64,000 nt of DNA from an uncultured Mycoplasmatota bacterium (GTDB lineage Bacteria; Bacillota_I; Bacilli_A; RF39; UBA660): the NCBI GenBank assembly GCA_900553855.1, contig USFG01000008.1, positions 1,178-65,177 of the forward strand. Reading direction: 5' to 3'. A program made the position numbers and the translations under genes. Position 1 is the stretch's first letter. Each line of letters starts with the position of its first letter. Shown one piece after another: positions 45,139-55,005 of this stretch. The notes beneath the pieces are model-generated. The model saw nothing but the letters and a program-made list of their open reading frames with translations. It made no database searches and had not been told where the DNA came from.

Positions 45139-46536
45139 TTATTTAGAGGATAAAACATATAATTTATTATTTTGTGAGTGATTATTTTGTGGTTCAACAC
45201 TATTTAATTTATTTTTTATACTTAATGCATATTCTTTTTTATCTTTTAATTTCAATTCGTTACTGTCTAGAATAGCACTAATAAAATCTTCTAATTCAAC
45301 TCTTGAATGTTCTTCATAGATTGCTTCAGCGAAAGCAGACTCTACTATTCTTTTAATAATTCTTATTGGAAGAATTTTATATCTAGCATCTTGATGTTTA
45401 GTAACATTTATTAGTTCTTCAGTAAGATTAATTAACTCAGTTTCAGTTAAGTTAACTTTTATATTGTATTTTCTTTCTAAATGCAGAACATAATTCATAA
45501 TTATTAATTGAACGTTACGATTATCTAATGGTTTTACATTATTAATAGTTAATCTACTAGTAAAAGCTTTATCTCTAGCAATACTTTCATCGTATTCTTC
45601 ATAAGTAGTTGCACCAATAATAGTTATTTCACCTTTTTCAATATAAGGTTTTAAAATGTTAATAGCATCTATTGGGCTATCTTCAGTTCTTCCTAAATTA
45701 TATAGAGTATGTATTTCATCTATAAATAAAATAACGCTTTGATTATAATTTTTGGCAAATTTTATGACATCTTCTAACTTGTCTTCAAATTCTCCTCTAT
45801 ATTTTGTACCAGCTAATAAACTACCAGTATTTAATTCATAAACTACTTTATCTTTAAGAAATTGCTTGTTAGTATGATTAATTTCGTTTACTAAACCATC
45901 AACAATAGCAGTTTTACCAACACCTGCTTCACCTAAAAGGATAACTGATTTACCAAGTATACATGAAACCTTTATTAGGTCTCTTATTTCTTTTTCTCTA
46001 CCAACTACATTAGTAAGATTTGTTCTACTATTCATATTCTGACATGCTTTTGGAACTTTTTTATTTGTTATTTTTTCAGCACTAGGTTCATAGATTTCAT
46101 CAAAATCTTTATTTTCCATATTTATATCTCCTTTTATTGTTCTATTTAATTTCATTATTTCATCGCTATGAATTACATAGTCTAAATTACTAATATAAGC
46201 ATCAAAATATTCAGATAAATTTTTAAAATCAATTTCTTTTGCTGCTAAATTATTTTTCCATTTAGAAATATTACTACCATATATATTTCCATCGCTACCT
46301 ATACGTAATTCGCTAAATGTATTAACATAAAATTGATATTTAGTACCATTAACTAATTCATATAAACTTGCTCTATATATTTCACTACTTATAGGAAATA
46401 TTATTTTACTCAATACCTCTTCAGCATATATGTTATTATCATATGTAATTAACTTAAAATATATATATCCTATATTAGTATCTCTATCATAAACATCCGC
46501 AACAAATATTTTATCATTTAATTTGTATTCAAACAT
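45139..46536 (-). CDS. single-module ClpA/B/C-type (D1-like) AAA+ ATPase with an unrecognised N-terminal domain
   Basis: VVGREKEIRDLIKV, GEAGVGKTAIVDGL, LAGTKYRGEFEDKL, ILFIDEIHTLYNLG, and GATTYEEYDESIARDKAF. Start moved to MFEYK (RBS AAGGGGGA). The track's extension to 46635 covers the promoter. Confidence 0.75.
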   Translation of the reverse strand: MFEYKLNDKIFVADVYDRDTNIGYIYFKLITYDNNIYAEEVLSKIIFPISSEIYRASLYELVNGTKYQFYVNTFSELRIGSDGNIYGSNISKWKNNLAAKEIDFKNLSEYFDAYISNLDYVIHSDEIMKLNRTIKGDINMENKDFDEIYEPSAEKITNKKVPKACQNMNSRTNLTNVVGREKEIRDLIKVSCILGKSVILLGEAGVGKTAIVDGLVNEINHTNKQFLKDKVVYELNTGSLLAGTKYRGEFEDKLEDVIKFAKNYNQSVILFIDEIHTLYNLGRTEDSPIDAINILKPYIEKGEITIIGATTYEEYDESIARDKAFTSRLTINNVKPLDNRNVQLIIMNYVLHLERKYNIKVNLTETELINLTEELINVTKHQDARYKILPIRIIKRIVESAFAEAIYEEHSRVELEDFISAILDSNELKLKDKKEYALSIKNKLNSVEPQNNHSQNNKLYVLSSK

Positions 46537-46592
46537 TTTATTTTCCCCCTTTTTTAAACTAATATTAATGTATCTCCCTGAAATTAGAATAT

Positions 46593-46621
46593 ATTTTAGC
46601 ATATATTTAATAAAAACACAA
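46593..46621 (-). promoter_or_regulatory. promoter of the AAA+ gene (P2)
   Basis: Minus strand: TTGTGT, 17 nt spacer, TGcTAAAAT. It is embedded in a 52-nt block (46581-46632) homologous to 50078-50129. Confidence 0.5.
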
Positions 46622-46756
46622 ACATTTTTTTGCATTTTTATTTATTTTTATTATTAATTATTAATTTTCATTCATTTTTTATACAAAAAAAGACATTAAT
46701 ATAAATATCTTCTATTTTAAAAATATCATATTATATGTCATTCAATACTTTATTTA

Positions 46757-48385
46757 CTACATTAATTTCTTCTTAATATTACTATCTACCACTTCTTTTG
46801 GTAACTCTAGACCATATTTAATAAATAAATCTTTATGTTTAGACATTTCTATATTAAATTGTTGTCTTAATTCTTCATTTTTACCTATTTCATTAAGTAA
46901 TATTTTTGTATACTCCAAAAGTTCTTTTTTATCCCTTTTTAGAAATTTTTTGTCTTTAAAATAACTTAAATCAATTTTAGCAAGACGATGAAATATTAAA
47001 ATAAATAAACCTGATACTAGTAAGCCCATTGCTACATTAAGAGTAGTATCTGTGCTTTCAAATTCTTTAGATTCTAAATCTATCGTTTTATATATTATCT
47101 CATAATAATCAACTAATTCTGTATACTTAATTGGCGACTTTGATATATCTATAATATTCTTTTTAGATTCAGGTAATAAATTATTTGATTGGATATATTC
47201 AATATATTTTTCAATATCATCGTATCCTAAAAAACTTAAATCGTAAGTTTTTGTTTCTCTTAATTTTAATTTTGCTTCGGCTGCGCCATAATTATATTCT
47301 CTACTTGCTCTTCCTTCTTTTTTAGCAGTTTTATCATCTAAAACATGATATTCAATAAGATATGTTTGTTCTGGCTTTGTTTCATCTACAAATCCAATTA
47401 TTTCTTTTGCATTAGAAGATGTAACTTGATTTGTAATTGAATTGTATATTTCAGTATTAGTTTCATAATAATATGCTGATGTTAATTTCTTAAACCAAGA
47501 AAACACTCCAGAAAATATACCTATTGATATTGATAAAGTTATAGCAGTTGAAATTAGTGATGTAAATAATTTTAATAATGCTTTTTTGCATAATTTTTTA
47601 TAATTCTGTACTTCCTTATCAGCCTTTGTATAGGAACTATATGTGTGGTAGATTTGACTGTCACTTTTATCAATTATAGATAATAAATTTGTCATATCAT
47701 CTTTGATAGACTCTTCTAATTTTTCTTTTTCATCTCTAAAGACAATTGTTTTTATAAAACTATTATCTAAAAGTTCAGCTGGATTCAAATTCTTCTTAGC
47801 ATTGTAATAACATACTTCAATTTCCGGATATTCAGTTAAATCTATGGTATTAATATATTCTTCAATCATTAAACTTATAAACATAGTATCATTAATATCA
47901 TACTTACAAAATTCTAATAGTTCGCTTTTTTGATTCAATTTTATCTCTATAAAAATAACTTTTAAAATAGCATTATAGAATGGTTCAACTACTTGTTTTT
48001 CATCCTCATAATCAACTACTGAAGAATTTCTAATTTTTCTTAAAAGAAGTTTTATTTCATCTATTATTTCGTTTAAGTTTTCACTAGTAATATTAACTTT
48101 ATTTAAATATTTGACATAATAATATGTTTTAACGTAAATAGTATAACTATCTAACTTGGCATCTAACTTTTCTAATTTTCCCGTAGCGTTTATATAGTCA
48201 TTTATTATAAATCCTTCAAAACTATTTTTCTTAGAACTTTTAATATCATTATTATTTTCTATTTTGATGCTATCTAATTCTTCTCTTATTTTAGTTACAT
48301 CAAAACCAATTTTTTCAATTTCTCTTATTTTATTATCTATTTCAATTAATTTAGCTTTATAACTAATTGCGACGTCTGTGTTCAT
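46757..48385 (-). CDS. hypothetical two-TM protein, paralogue 2
   Basis: 542 aa: MNTDVAISYKAKLIEID..., TMs near aa 275-300 and 455-475, and a conserved tail ...LPKEVVDSNIKKKLM. Confidence 0.7.
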   Translation of the reverse strand: MNTDVAISYKAKLIEIDNKIREIEKIGFDVTKIREELDSIKIENNNDIKSSKKNSFEGFIINDYINATGKLEKLDAKLDSYTIYVKTYYYVKYLNKVNITSENLNEIIDEIKLLLRKIRNSSVVDYEDEKQVVEPFYNAILKVIFIEIKLNQKSELLEFCKYDINDTMFISLMIEEYINTIDLTEYPEIEVCYYNAKKNLNPAELLDNSFIKTIVFRDEKEKLEESIKDDMTNLLSIIDKSDSQIYHTYSSYTKADKEVQNYKKLCKKALLKLFTSLISTAITLSISIGIFSGVFSWFKKLTSAYYYETNTEIYNSITNQVTSSNAKEIIGFVDETKPEQTYLIEYHVLDDKTAKKEGRASREYNYGAAEAKLKLRETKTYDLSFLGYDDIEKYIEYIQSNNLLPESKKNIIDISKSPIKYTELVDYYEIIYKTIDLESKEFESTDTTLNVAMGLLVSGLFILIFHRLAKIDLSYFKDKKFLKRDKKELLEYTKILLNEIGKNEELRQQFNIEMSKHKDLFIKYGLELPKEVVDSNIKKKLM

Positions 48386-48388
48386 ATT

Positions 48389-50059
48389 TTATTTTCCTCC
48401 TAATAATTTTTTCTTGGTAGTACTATCAAGTGTTTCTTTAGGAAGCTTAATTTCCATATGCTCAAATAAATCACCATATTTAGCTGCTTCGATATTAAAT
48501 ACTGTTCTAAGTTTCTCATCTTGACCAATTAATGTGAGTAGATCCTTTGTTTGTTCTAAAAATAATTTTTTATCATTTTTAAGATTTTCTTTTGCACTTA
48601 TATATTCTATAAACCTATTAATTAGACATAATTTACTTTCATTGTAATAATCATTAGATAAATTGCAATAGACAATTGCTGCTTCTATGGCAATAGTTAA
48701 AATAGTAAGTATAATAGAAAATGTAACACTATTACTACATGCTTCGACATTTTTGGATTCTAAGTCTATAATATTATAGACAATTTCATAATAATCTACA
48801 TATTCTTGAATAATATCACCATTATCTTTTATGTTAACAATTTCACTGCTATTAACAGGTACAGTAGCATTGCTATTCCAATAATCTAAATACCCATTAA
48901 TATCTTGATATTTTAAATAGCTTAAATCATAAACGATTTTTCTTCGATACCACATAGCATCTTCCTCTGTAATTCTAAAATGATAATTTACTTTAGAATT
49001 ATAGTCTTCAATATCATCACTAGTTAATGTATCATATTTAATAACATAGGCTATTTTATTTGTATCATCAACAATTTCTCGTTCATCACTATGGGTATAA
49101 GTATTATCATAAGAATTGTATGTATCTTTACTAACATCATATGAATATTCTTTGAATAACTTTTTGCCTAAAAAATTAAATAAGCTAAAACTAGCTACGG
49201 GTATTGATAACACTATGGCAACTGCGACAATTGACTTCATAAGTTCTTTAAATTCTAATTTAAATGTTTTAACACTATCTTCATATCTTTTTTCAGTATT
49301 AGAATAATCTTTATATTTTTCTTTAATATCTTTTTCAACTGACTCAATATTTTTAACCATGTTATTAGCAGGAACTCTTATAACATTTTTTAATCTATCT
49401 TTTTCATCTTTAAATACCATTAATTTAAGAAAATCATTATCTAATAGTGAACTATTACTACCATTTCTTTTGATTTCATAGTATTTAGCTTCAATTTCGG
49501 GATATTTTTCAAAATTAATTTCATCAACTGCAGTTTTTATTTTTCTTTCAATAAATGACTTATCGATTTCACTAGCTTTGCAAAATTCTAGCAAAGTGCT
49601 TTTTCCAGTATAGTATATTTCAAAACAAATTACTTTAAAAACACCTGTATAAAATGGCTCAACAATTTTCTTTTCTTCTTCATAATCAATCACTGACGAA
49701 TTTCCAAGACTTCTAAGTAGTTTTTTAATTTCACCAATTATTTCATTAATCCTATCTTCTTTAATATAATTTTTATCTAAATATTCAGCATAATTTTTCA
49801 CTTTAATATATATTTCAAAAGAATCTAAACTGTTATCTAATTTTTCTAATCTTGTCATTGCATTAGAGTAATCGATGATTATAAAGCCTTCAAATTTTTT
49901 ATTTTTAGATGTTTTTACTTTTGAATTAGTATCAATAATAATGTTTTCTAATTCTTCTCTAAATGGTTTAATATTAAAACCAATTCTTTCTATTGCTTCT
50001 ATTTTGTCTTCAACCTGTATTAGTTTAGCTTTGTAATTTAGTGCTACATCTGTATTCAT
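48389..50059 (-). CDS. hypothetical two-TM protein, paralogue 1
   Basis: 556 aa: MNTDVALNYKAKLIQVE..., with the same architecture. RBS is GGGGGG. Confidence 0.7.
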   Translation of the reverse strand: MNTDVALNYKAKLIQVEDKIEAIERIGFNIKPFREELENIIIDTNSKVKTSKNKKFEGFIIIDYSNAMTRLEKLDNSLDSFEIYIKVKNYAEYLDKNYIKEDRINEIIGEIKKLLRSLGNSSVIDYEEEKKIVEPFYTGVFKVICFEIYYTGKSTLLEFCKASEIDKSFIERKIKTAVDEINFEKYPEIEAKYYEIKRNGSNSSLLDNDFLKLMVFKDEKDRLKNVIRVPANNMVKNIESVEKDIKEKYKDYSNTEKRYEDSVKTFKLEFKELMKSIVAVAIVLSIPVASFSLFNFLGKKLFKEYSYDVSKDTYNSYDNTYTHSDEREIVDDTNKIAYVIKYDTLTSDDIEDYNSKVNYHFRITEEDAMWYRRKIVYDLSYLKYQDINGYLDYWNSNATVPVNSSEIVNIKDNGDIIQEYVDYYEIVYNIIDLESKNVEACSNSVTFSIILTILTIAIEAAIVYCNLSNDYYNESKLCLINRFIEYISAKENLKNDKKLFLEQTKDLLTLIGQDEKLRTVFNIEAAKYGDLFEHMEIKLPKETLDSTTKKKLLGGK

Positions 50060-50089
50060 AAACTAATTCCCCCCTATAAATTAAGATAT

Positions 50090-50118
50090 ATACTACCATA
50101 CTTTTAATGAAAAAGCAA
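50090..50118 (-). promoter_or_regulatory. promoter of the paralogue pair (P1)
   Basis: Minus strand: TTGCTT, 17 nt spacer, TAGTAT. It has the same geometry and flanks as P2. Confidence 0.45.
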
Positions 50119-50232
50119 ACATTTTTTTGATTTTATAATATATAAAAACACAAAAGAAAATCTAATGTGTTTAAATTATAAAATATAACATATTACGACC
50201 TATTTTACCCATCCTAAAATAACAATAACTGT

Positions 50233-52407
50233 TTACGCCCTAGTTGGATTATTATCTATTTCAATATTTACTTTACTATTTAATCTATAAATATCATCTA
50301 AGTATTTTAAATGTTCTTTAACCAAATTATAGGCTTTATATTTTAATATTATTTGAAATCTATAAACATTATTTATTTTAAACATTGCAGCTGTTGTTGG
50401 TCCTAAAATTATAACATTAGTAAGTTTTTTATCTAAATAACCTTTAACTTTAGATATTTCTTTAGATGCTTCATTATAATCTTTAGATGCAATTAAAATT
50501 TTAGTTATATAAAAATATGGCGGATATTTAAGAATTTTTCTAATATTCATTTCATAATTATAAAGAGATTCATAATCATTATTTTTAGCATATTCTATTA
50601 TTTTGTTATCACTATTAAATGTTTGAATTACAGCATCTGATTTATCACTTGCTCTTCCAGCTCTACCAATTGTTTGAGTAATAAGTTCAAAAGTATTTTC
50701 TCCACTTCTAAAATCAGGAATATTTAAAGAATCATCTGCATTAATTATGGCTGCTAATGTTACTTTAGGAAAATCAAATCCTTTACTAATCATTTGAGTA
50801 CCAACAATTATGCTTACATCTTCGCTTTCTATTTTAGCTATAATTTCGTCTTGGCTACCTTTTTTACTGGTTGTATCAGCATCCATTCTAACTGTTTTAA
50901 CATTATATCTTTTATTAATTTCTTCTTCTAACTTTTCAGTACCAAGTCCAAAATTAGTTAAAGATTTTTCCATACAACTTGGGCAGGTATCGGGATTATT
51001 AATGGTATATCCACAATAATGGCATCTTAAATTATTACTTGTTTTATGATAAGTTAAAGATATTTCACAATGAGGACATTTAAACGTGTATCCGCAATTT
51101 TTACAATTAACAATAGTTGAAAAACCTCTTCGATTAAGCATTAATAAAACTTGTTCATTTGCTTCTAGTTTCTCCCTTATTTTTTGATCTAAATAATCAC
51201 TTATAATCATATTTCTTTTTTTATATTCTTCTTGCATATCAACTATTTTAGTAGTAGGCATTACACTTTTTCCAATTCTTTTGGTTAAAGATAGTAAAGT
51301 ATAAACCCCTTTTTTAGCCCTAGCCATTGTTTCAAGTGAAGGTGTTGCAGAACCAAGTACAACTGGACAATTGTGATATTTGCTTCTTAAAAGAGCAATA
51401 TCTCTAGCATGATATCTAGGATTACTATCTTGTTTATAGTTACTACTTTGTTCTTCATCTAATATAATTATTCCAATTTTTTCAAAAGGAACAAATATAG
51501 CACTTCTAGTTCCAACAACAATATGAACATCTCCATTTAAAATTTTATGATATTCATCATATTTTTCACCATCTGATAAAGCACTATGGAAAATAGCAAC
51601 ATCACTACCAAATCTTGAATAAAATCTTGAAACTATTTGATGAGTTAAACTAATTTCTGGAACAAGAAGTATTGCACATTTGCCTGTTTTAACTACTTTT
51701 TCAATTAACTCCATGTATACCTCAGTTTTGCCTGATCCAGTTACCCCATGAAGTAAAAATATTTCGCTTTTATTAAAACTTTCCTCTACTTTATCTACTA
51801 CTTCTTTTTGTTCTAAAGTTAGTTCTTTTTTCTTAAAACTATTATTATCAATATTTATTCGATATTTATTAACTTTATTTATTTTAATAATATTTTCATT
51901 AACAAGTTTTTTAACTATATCTAAACTATATTCTTTTTTTAAGATTTTTTCATTATTTAAAAGTCTATTAAGTAGTTCAATTTGTTTAATACTTCTTTTA
52001 TTATTGTTAGTATAATTAATAGCAGTATCTTTATTTATTAATTCTAAATATTCATCATATTTTTGATAACTACTTTTAATTGTTTTTATTTTCATAGAAG
52101 ATGGAAGCATTGCTTGATATGCTTGAATAAGAGAACAAAGGGTTAATTCTTTTAATGTTTTACCAAGCTCTAATAACTCTTTATTTAAACAAAAGTATTC
52201 ATCTGTAATACTTGCTATTTCTTTTAAATTATTGTTATTACAATCATTAGTTATTTCTAAGACAAATCCATTAATTAAGGTATTTCTAAAAGGAACTTTT
52301 ACTTTCATTCCAACTTTTAAATTATCTTTTAAAATATCAGGAATAATATAAGTAAATGTTTGATCTAGGGCTTTAGCACCATATTCAACTAAAATATTAG
52401 CATACAT
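50233..52407 (-). CDS. priA: primosomal replication restart helicase PriA
   Basis: GVTGSGKTEVY, DEEQ, and the zinc module CKNCGYTFKCPHCEISLTYH..LRCHYCGY. Confidence 0.95.
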   Translation of the reverse strand: MYANILVEYGAKALDQTFTYIIPDILKDNLKVGMKVKVPFRNTLINGFVLEITNDCNNNNLKEIASITDEYFCLNKELLELGKTLKELTLCSLIQAYQAMLPSSMKIKTIKSSYQKYDEYLELINKDTAINYTNNNKRSIKQIELLNRLLNNEKILKKEYSLDIVKKLVNENIIKINKVNKYRINIDNNSFKKKELTLEQKEVVDKVEESFNKSEIFLLHGVTGSGKTEVYMELIEKVVKTGKCAILLVPEISLTHQIVSRFYSRFGSDVAIFHSALSDGEKYDEYHKILNGDVHIVVGTRSAIFVPFEKIGIIILDEEQSSNYKQDSNPRYHARDIALLRSKYHNCPVVLGSATPSLETMARAKKGVYTLLSLTKRIGKSVMPTTKIVDMQEEYKKRNMIISDYLDQKIREKLEANEQVLLMLNRRGFSTIVNCKNCGYTFKCPHCEISLTYHKTSNNLRCHYCGYTINNPDTCPSCMEKSLTNFGLGTEKLEEEINKRYNVKTVRMDADTTSKKGSQDEIIAKIESEDVSIIVGTQMISKGFDFPKVTLAAIINADDSLNIPDFRSGENTFELITQTIGRAGRASDKSDAVIQTFNSDNKIIEYAKNNDYESLYNYEMNIRKILKYPPYFYITKILIASKDYNEASKEISKVKGYLDKKLTNVIILGPTTAAMFKINNVYRFQIILKYKAYNLVKEHLKYLDDIYRLNSKVNIEIDNNPTRA

Positions 52408-52512
52408 AATAAATACCTTCTTTCTAACTAATTAATATTATAGCAAATAAAAACATAAATAGTTTAAGTAATTCTATCTATAATTAAAGTTATAAGTTTT
52501 ATTTTTTTATTT

Positions 52513-52552
52513 TTGCCAATTATTTCCACTAGATATATACAAACAATTGTTT
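52513..52552 (+). promoter_or_regulatory. promoter with an overlapping 12-bp palindrome (possible LexA-type operator)
   Basis: TTGCCA (52513-18), 17 nt spacer, TATACA (52536-41). The perfect palindrome AAACAATTGTTT lies at 52541-52552. Confidence 0.4.
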
Positions 52553-52581
52553 TAATATATTTTCATAAGGAGAAATGTCTA

Positions 52582-53850
52582 ATGAAAAATAATTTATATT
52601 CAAATAGAAATATTATTGCAATTGACTTAAAAAGTTTTTTTGCTTCTGTTGAATGTATTCAAAGAGGTCTTGATCCATTTACTACTGCTCTAGTTGTTTG
52701 TGATCCAACTAGAAATGGCGCTATTACTTTGGCAGTTACGCCTTTTTTAAAAAATTTAGGAGTTCCATCTAGAGGAAGAGCCTATGATTTACCTAAAAAT
52801 ATTAAAATATTTAAAGCACCGCCTCGTATGAGCTTATATATTAAAAAAAGCCGTGAGGTTTTAAGTATTTATTTAGAGTATGTTGCTAAAGAAGATATTC
52901 ATGTTTACTCAATTGATGAAGTGTTTTTAGATGTTACTAATTACCTTCATATGTATAATATGACTGATTATGAACTTGCTCAAACTATTATAAATGACAT
53001 AAAGAAAAGAACCGGTCTTACAACAACTGCTGGAATTGGTCCAAATATATTACTTGCTAAAATTTCAATGGATATTGAAGCTAAACACGTTCAAAATAAC
53101 ATTGCTAAATGGACTTATGATGATGTTAAAACTAAATTATGGTCTATCACTCCTCTATCAAAAATGTGGAGCATTGGGCCACGCATGGAACGTAATTTAA
53201 ATAAGCTAGGTCTTTATACGGTAGGAGATATTGCCAAATATGATAAAAATAAATTAAAAGATAAATATGGTATTATTGGTATTGAGCTATGGGAGCATGC
53301 TAATGGGATTGATAACGCTAGAATAAGTGATTTTAATAATTATATTCCAAAAGAAAATTCAATTAGTCATAGTCAAATTTTATTTAAAGATTATAATCAA
53401 AATAACATAATTATTATTATAAGAGAAATGGTAAGTGTTTTAGTTAGAAGGTTAAGAACAGCACATAAACAAACTTCTTCAATTGGTTTAGGAATCGGTT
53501 ACTCTAAGGAAACTGGTGGTGGTTTTTATCACGTAACTAAGCTAGATACTAGTACTTTTAAAGAAGATGAAATAGCTGATATCTGCTTAAACATGTTCGA
53601 TAAATATTATGAAGAATATATGCCAATTAGAAAAGTTTCAATTTCTTTTGGTAGATTATCTGATGATATCGGAATCCAACTTAATATATTTGAATCATAT
53701 GAAGAAGAAAAAACAAACAAAAATGGTGAAATTGTTATAGATGAACTTAATAACAAATATGGTGCTAATATGATTTTGAAAGCATCTAGTTTACTTGAAG
53801 ATTCTACTATTAGAATGCGTAATGGGAAGATAGGTGGTCACAATGCCTAA
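52582..53850 (+). CDS. Y-family DNA polymerase (YqjW/UvrX/DinB-like)
   Basis: IIAIDLKSFFASVE, SIDEVFLDVT, and a little-finger region. Start at MKNNLYS, after AAGGAG. Confidence 0.88.
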   Translation: MKNNLYSNRNIIAIDLKSFFASVECIQRGLDPFTTALVVCDPTRNGAITLAVTPFLKNLGVPSRGRAYDLPKNIKIFKAPPRMSLYIKKSREVLSIYLEYVAKEDIHVYSIDEVFLDVTNYLHMYNMTDYELAQTIINDIKKRTGLTTTAGIGPNILLAKISMDIEAKHVQNNIAKWTYDDVKTKLWSITPLSKMWSIGPRMERNLNKLGLYTVGDIAKYDKNKLKDKYGIIGIELWEHANGIDNARISDFNNYIPKENSISHSQILFKDYNQNNIIIIIREMVSVLVRRLRTAHKQTSSIGLGIGYSKETGGGFYHVTKLDTSTFKEDEIADICLNMFDKYYEEYMPIRKVSISFGRLSDDIGIQLNIFESYEEEKTNKNGEIVIDELNNKYGANMILKASSLLEDSTIRMRNGKIGGHNA

Positions 53851-54175
53851 TCGAAACGCGATTAAATGGGCTCCTTTTAATTCAGTTATTAACGGCAACT
53901 ATATAATGAATATGATAGTTAAAGAAAAATCTAGAATAGTTAAACCGGATTTATCAGAAGAACAAATAAATGAGTTTGAAAATTTAATTAAAGAATCATT
54001 AATTAATAAAATACCTTTAGAATTTACTATTTACGATAATGGATATACTAAAAATATAAAAGGAACCGTTACTAAAATAGACAGTTCCTTAAATAAAATA
54101 TTTTTAAACTATAATAATCATATCTTCTTTTGTGAAATAATGAATATTAAAAAACTAGATTATTTCTTATCGTAA
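53843..54175 (+). CDS. YolD-like protein (UmuD-like partner of Firmicute Y-family polymerases)
   Basis: About 110 aa with MPNRNAIKWAPFNSV. Overlaps the polymerase stop, as in the yqjW-yqjX and uvrX-yolD pairs. Confidence 0.65.
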   Translation: MPNRNAIKWAPFNSVINGNYIMNMIVKEKSRIVKPDLSEEQINEFENLIKESLINKIPLEFTIYDNGYTKNIKGTVTKIDSSLNKIFLNYNNHIFFCEIMNIKKLDYFLS

Positions 54176-55005
54176 TCATCTAAAAATGAATGATTTACTC
54201 CATCTTTGTGCCAAGAAAGTATACAATTCATATTAACATTATCCATTGCTTTAAAAATATTAGCATCAACACTTGGATTAATTTTACGTAAATTTTTAAT
54301 TAGTTCTTTCATTTCTTTACGTTTACTTGTTCCATCATTTATTAAGGAACAACCTTCTGTAAAACGACATGCACAATTTATAAAAGTTAATTCGTTATTA
54401 TTTTTCCAAGCAATAATAGATGCTTCTTTAACTAAATATAGTGGTCTAATTAAATCTATTCCTTCATAATTATCAGAATGCAATTTAGGCATCATTGTTT
54501 TAATTTCGGCTCCATAAAACATTGATAAAAGAGTCGTTTCAATAACATCATCAAAGTGATGACCTAACGCAATTTTGTTGCATCCTAACTCCTTAGCATG
54601 ATTGTATAAATATCCTCTACGCATCCTTGCACATAAATAGCAAGGACTTTTTGAATCCACATTAGCAACTACATCAAAAATATCACTTTCAAACATATCT
54701 AATGGAATATTTAATATTTTTGCGTTATCTAATATAAAATTACGATTATATTCATTATAACCAGGATCCATAACAACATAATGAGCATTAAATTTAACGT
54801 TGCCATGCCTTTGTAATTCTTGAATACACTTCGCAAGTAAAAATGAATCTTTTCCTCCACTAATACAAACCATGACATTATCATTTTCTTCAATTAATTT
54901 ATAATCAGAAACGGCTTTAACAAATTTAGACCATATTTCTTTACGATATGTTGTTATAATGCTTCTTTCTATTTCTTTATACTTCTCCATTTTTAACCTC
55001 TTCAT
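54160..55005 (-). CDS. ttcA: TtcA-like PP-loop tRNA thiolation ATPase
   Basis: CISGGKDS PP-loop plus CYLCARMRRG and CACRF cysteines. Confidence 0.7.
   Translation of the reverse strand: MKRLKMEKYKEIERSIITTYRKEIWSKFVKAVSDYKLIEENDNVMVCISGGKDSFLLAKCIQELQRHGNVKFNAHYVVMDPGYNEYNRNFILDNAKILNIPLDMFESDIFDVVANVDSKSPCYLCARMRRGYLYNHAKELGCNKIALGHHFDDVIETTLLSMFYGAEIKTMMPKLHSDNYEGIDLIRPLYLVKEASIIAWKNNNELTFINCACRFTEGCSLINDGTSKRKEMKELIKNLRKINPSVDANIFKAMDNVNMNCILSWHKDGVNHSFLDDYDKK

Noticed and set aside
12553-46621. A shared AATATATGCTAAAAT string occurs in the promoters at 12553-81 and 46593-621, which could suggest a common regulator.
   Set aside because: The shared part is essentially an extended -10 consensus (TGnTAAAAT) plus AT-rich spacer. 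This is expected by chance among strong promoters in an AT-rich genome.
46537-46635. N-terminal extensions of track ORFs: 46537-46635 (AAA+), 14943-15023 (771-aa gene), 12519-12581 (141-aa gene), 52513-52581 (polymerase), 11092-11121 (DUF2207-like), and 63565-63582 (TadE-like).
   Set aside because: The extensions read through recognisable -35/-10 boxes. They also lack an RBS, while an internal ATG with a good Shine-Dalgarno sequence follows. I moved the starts accordingly.
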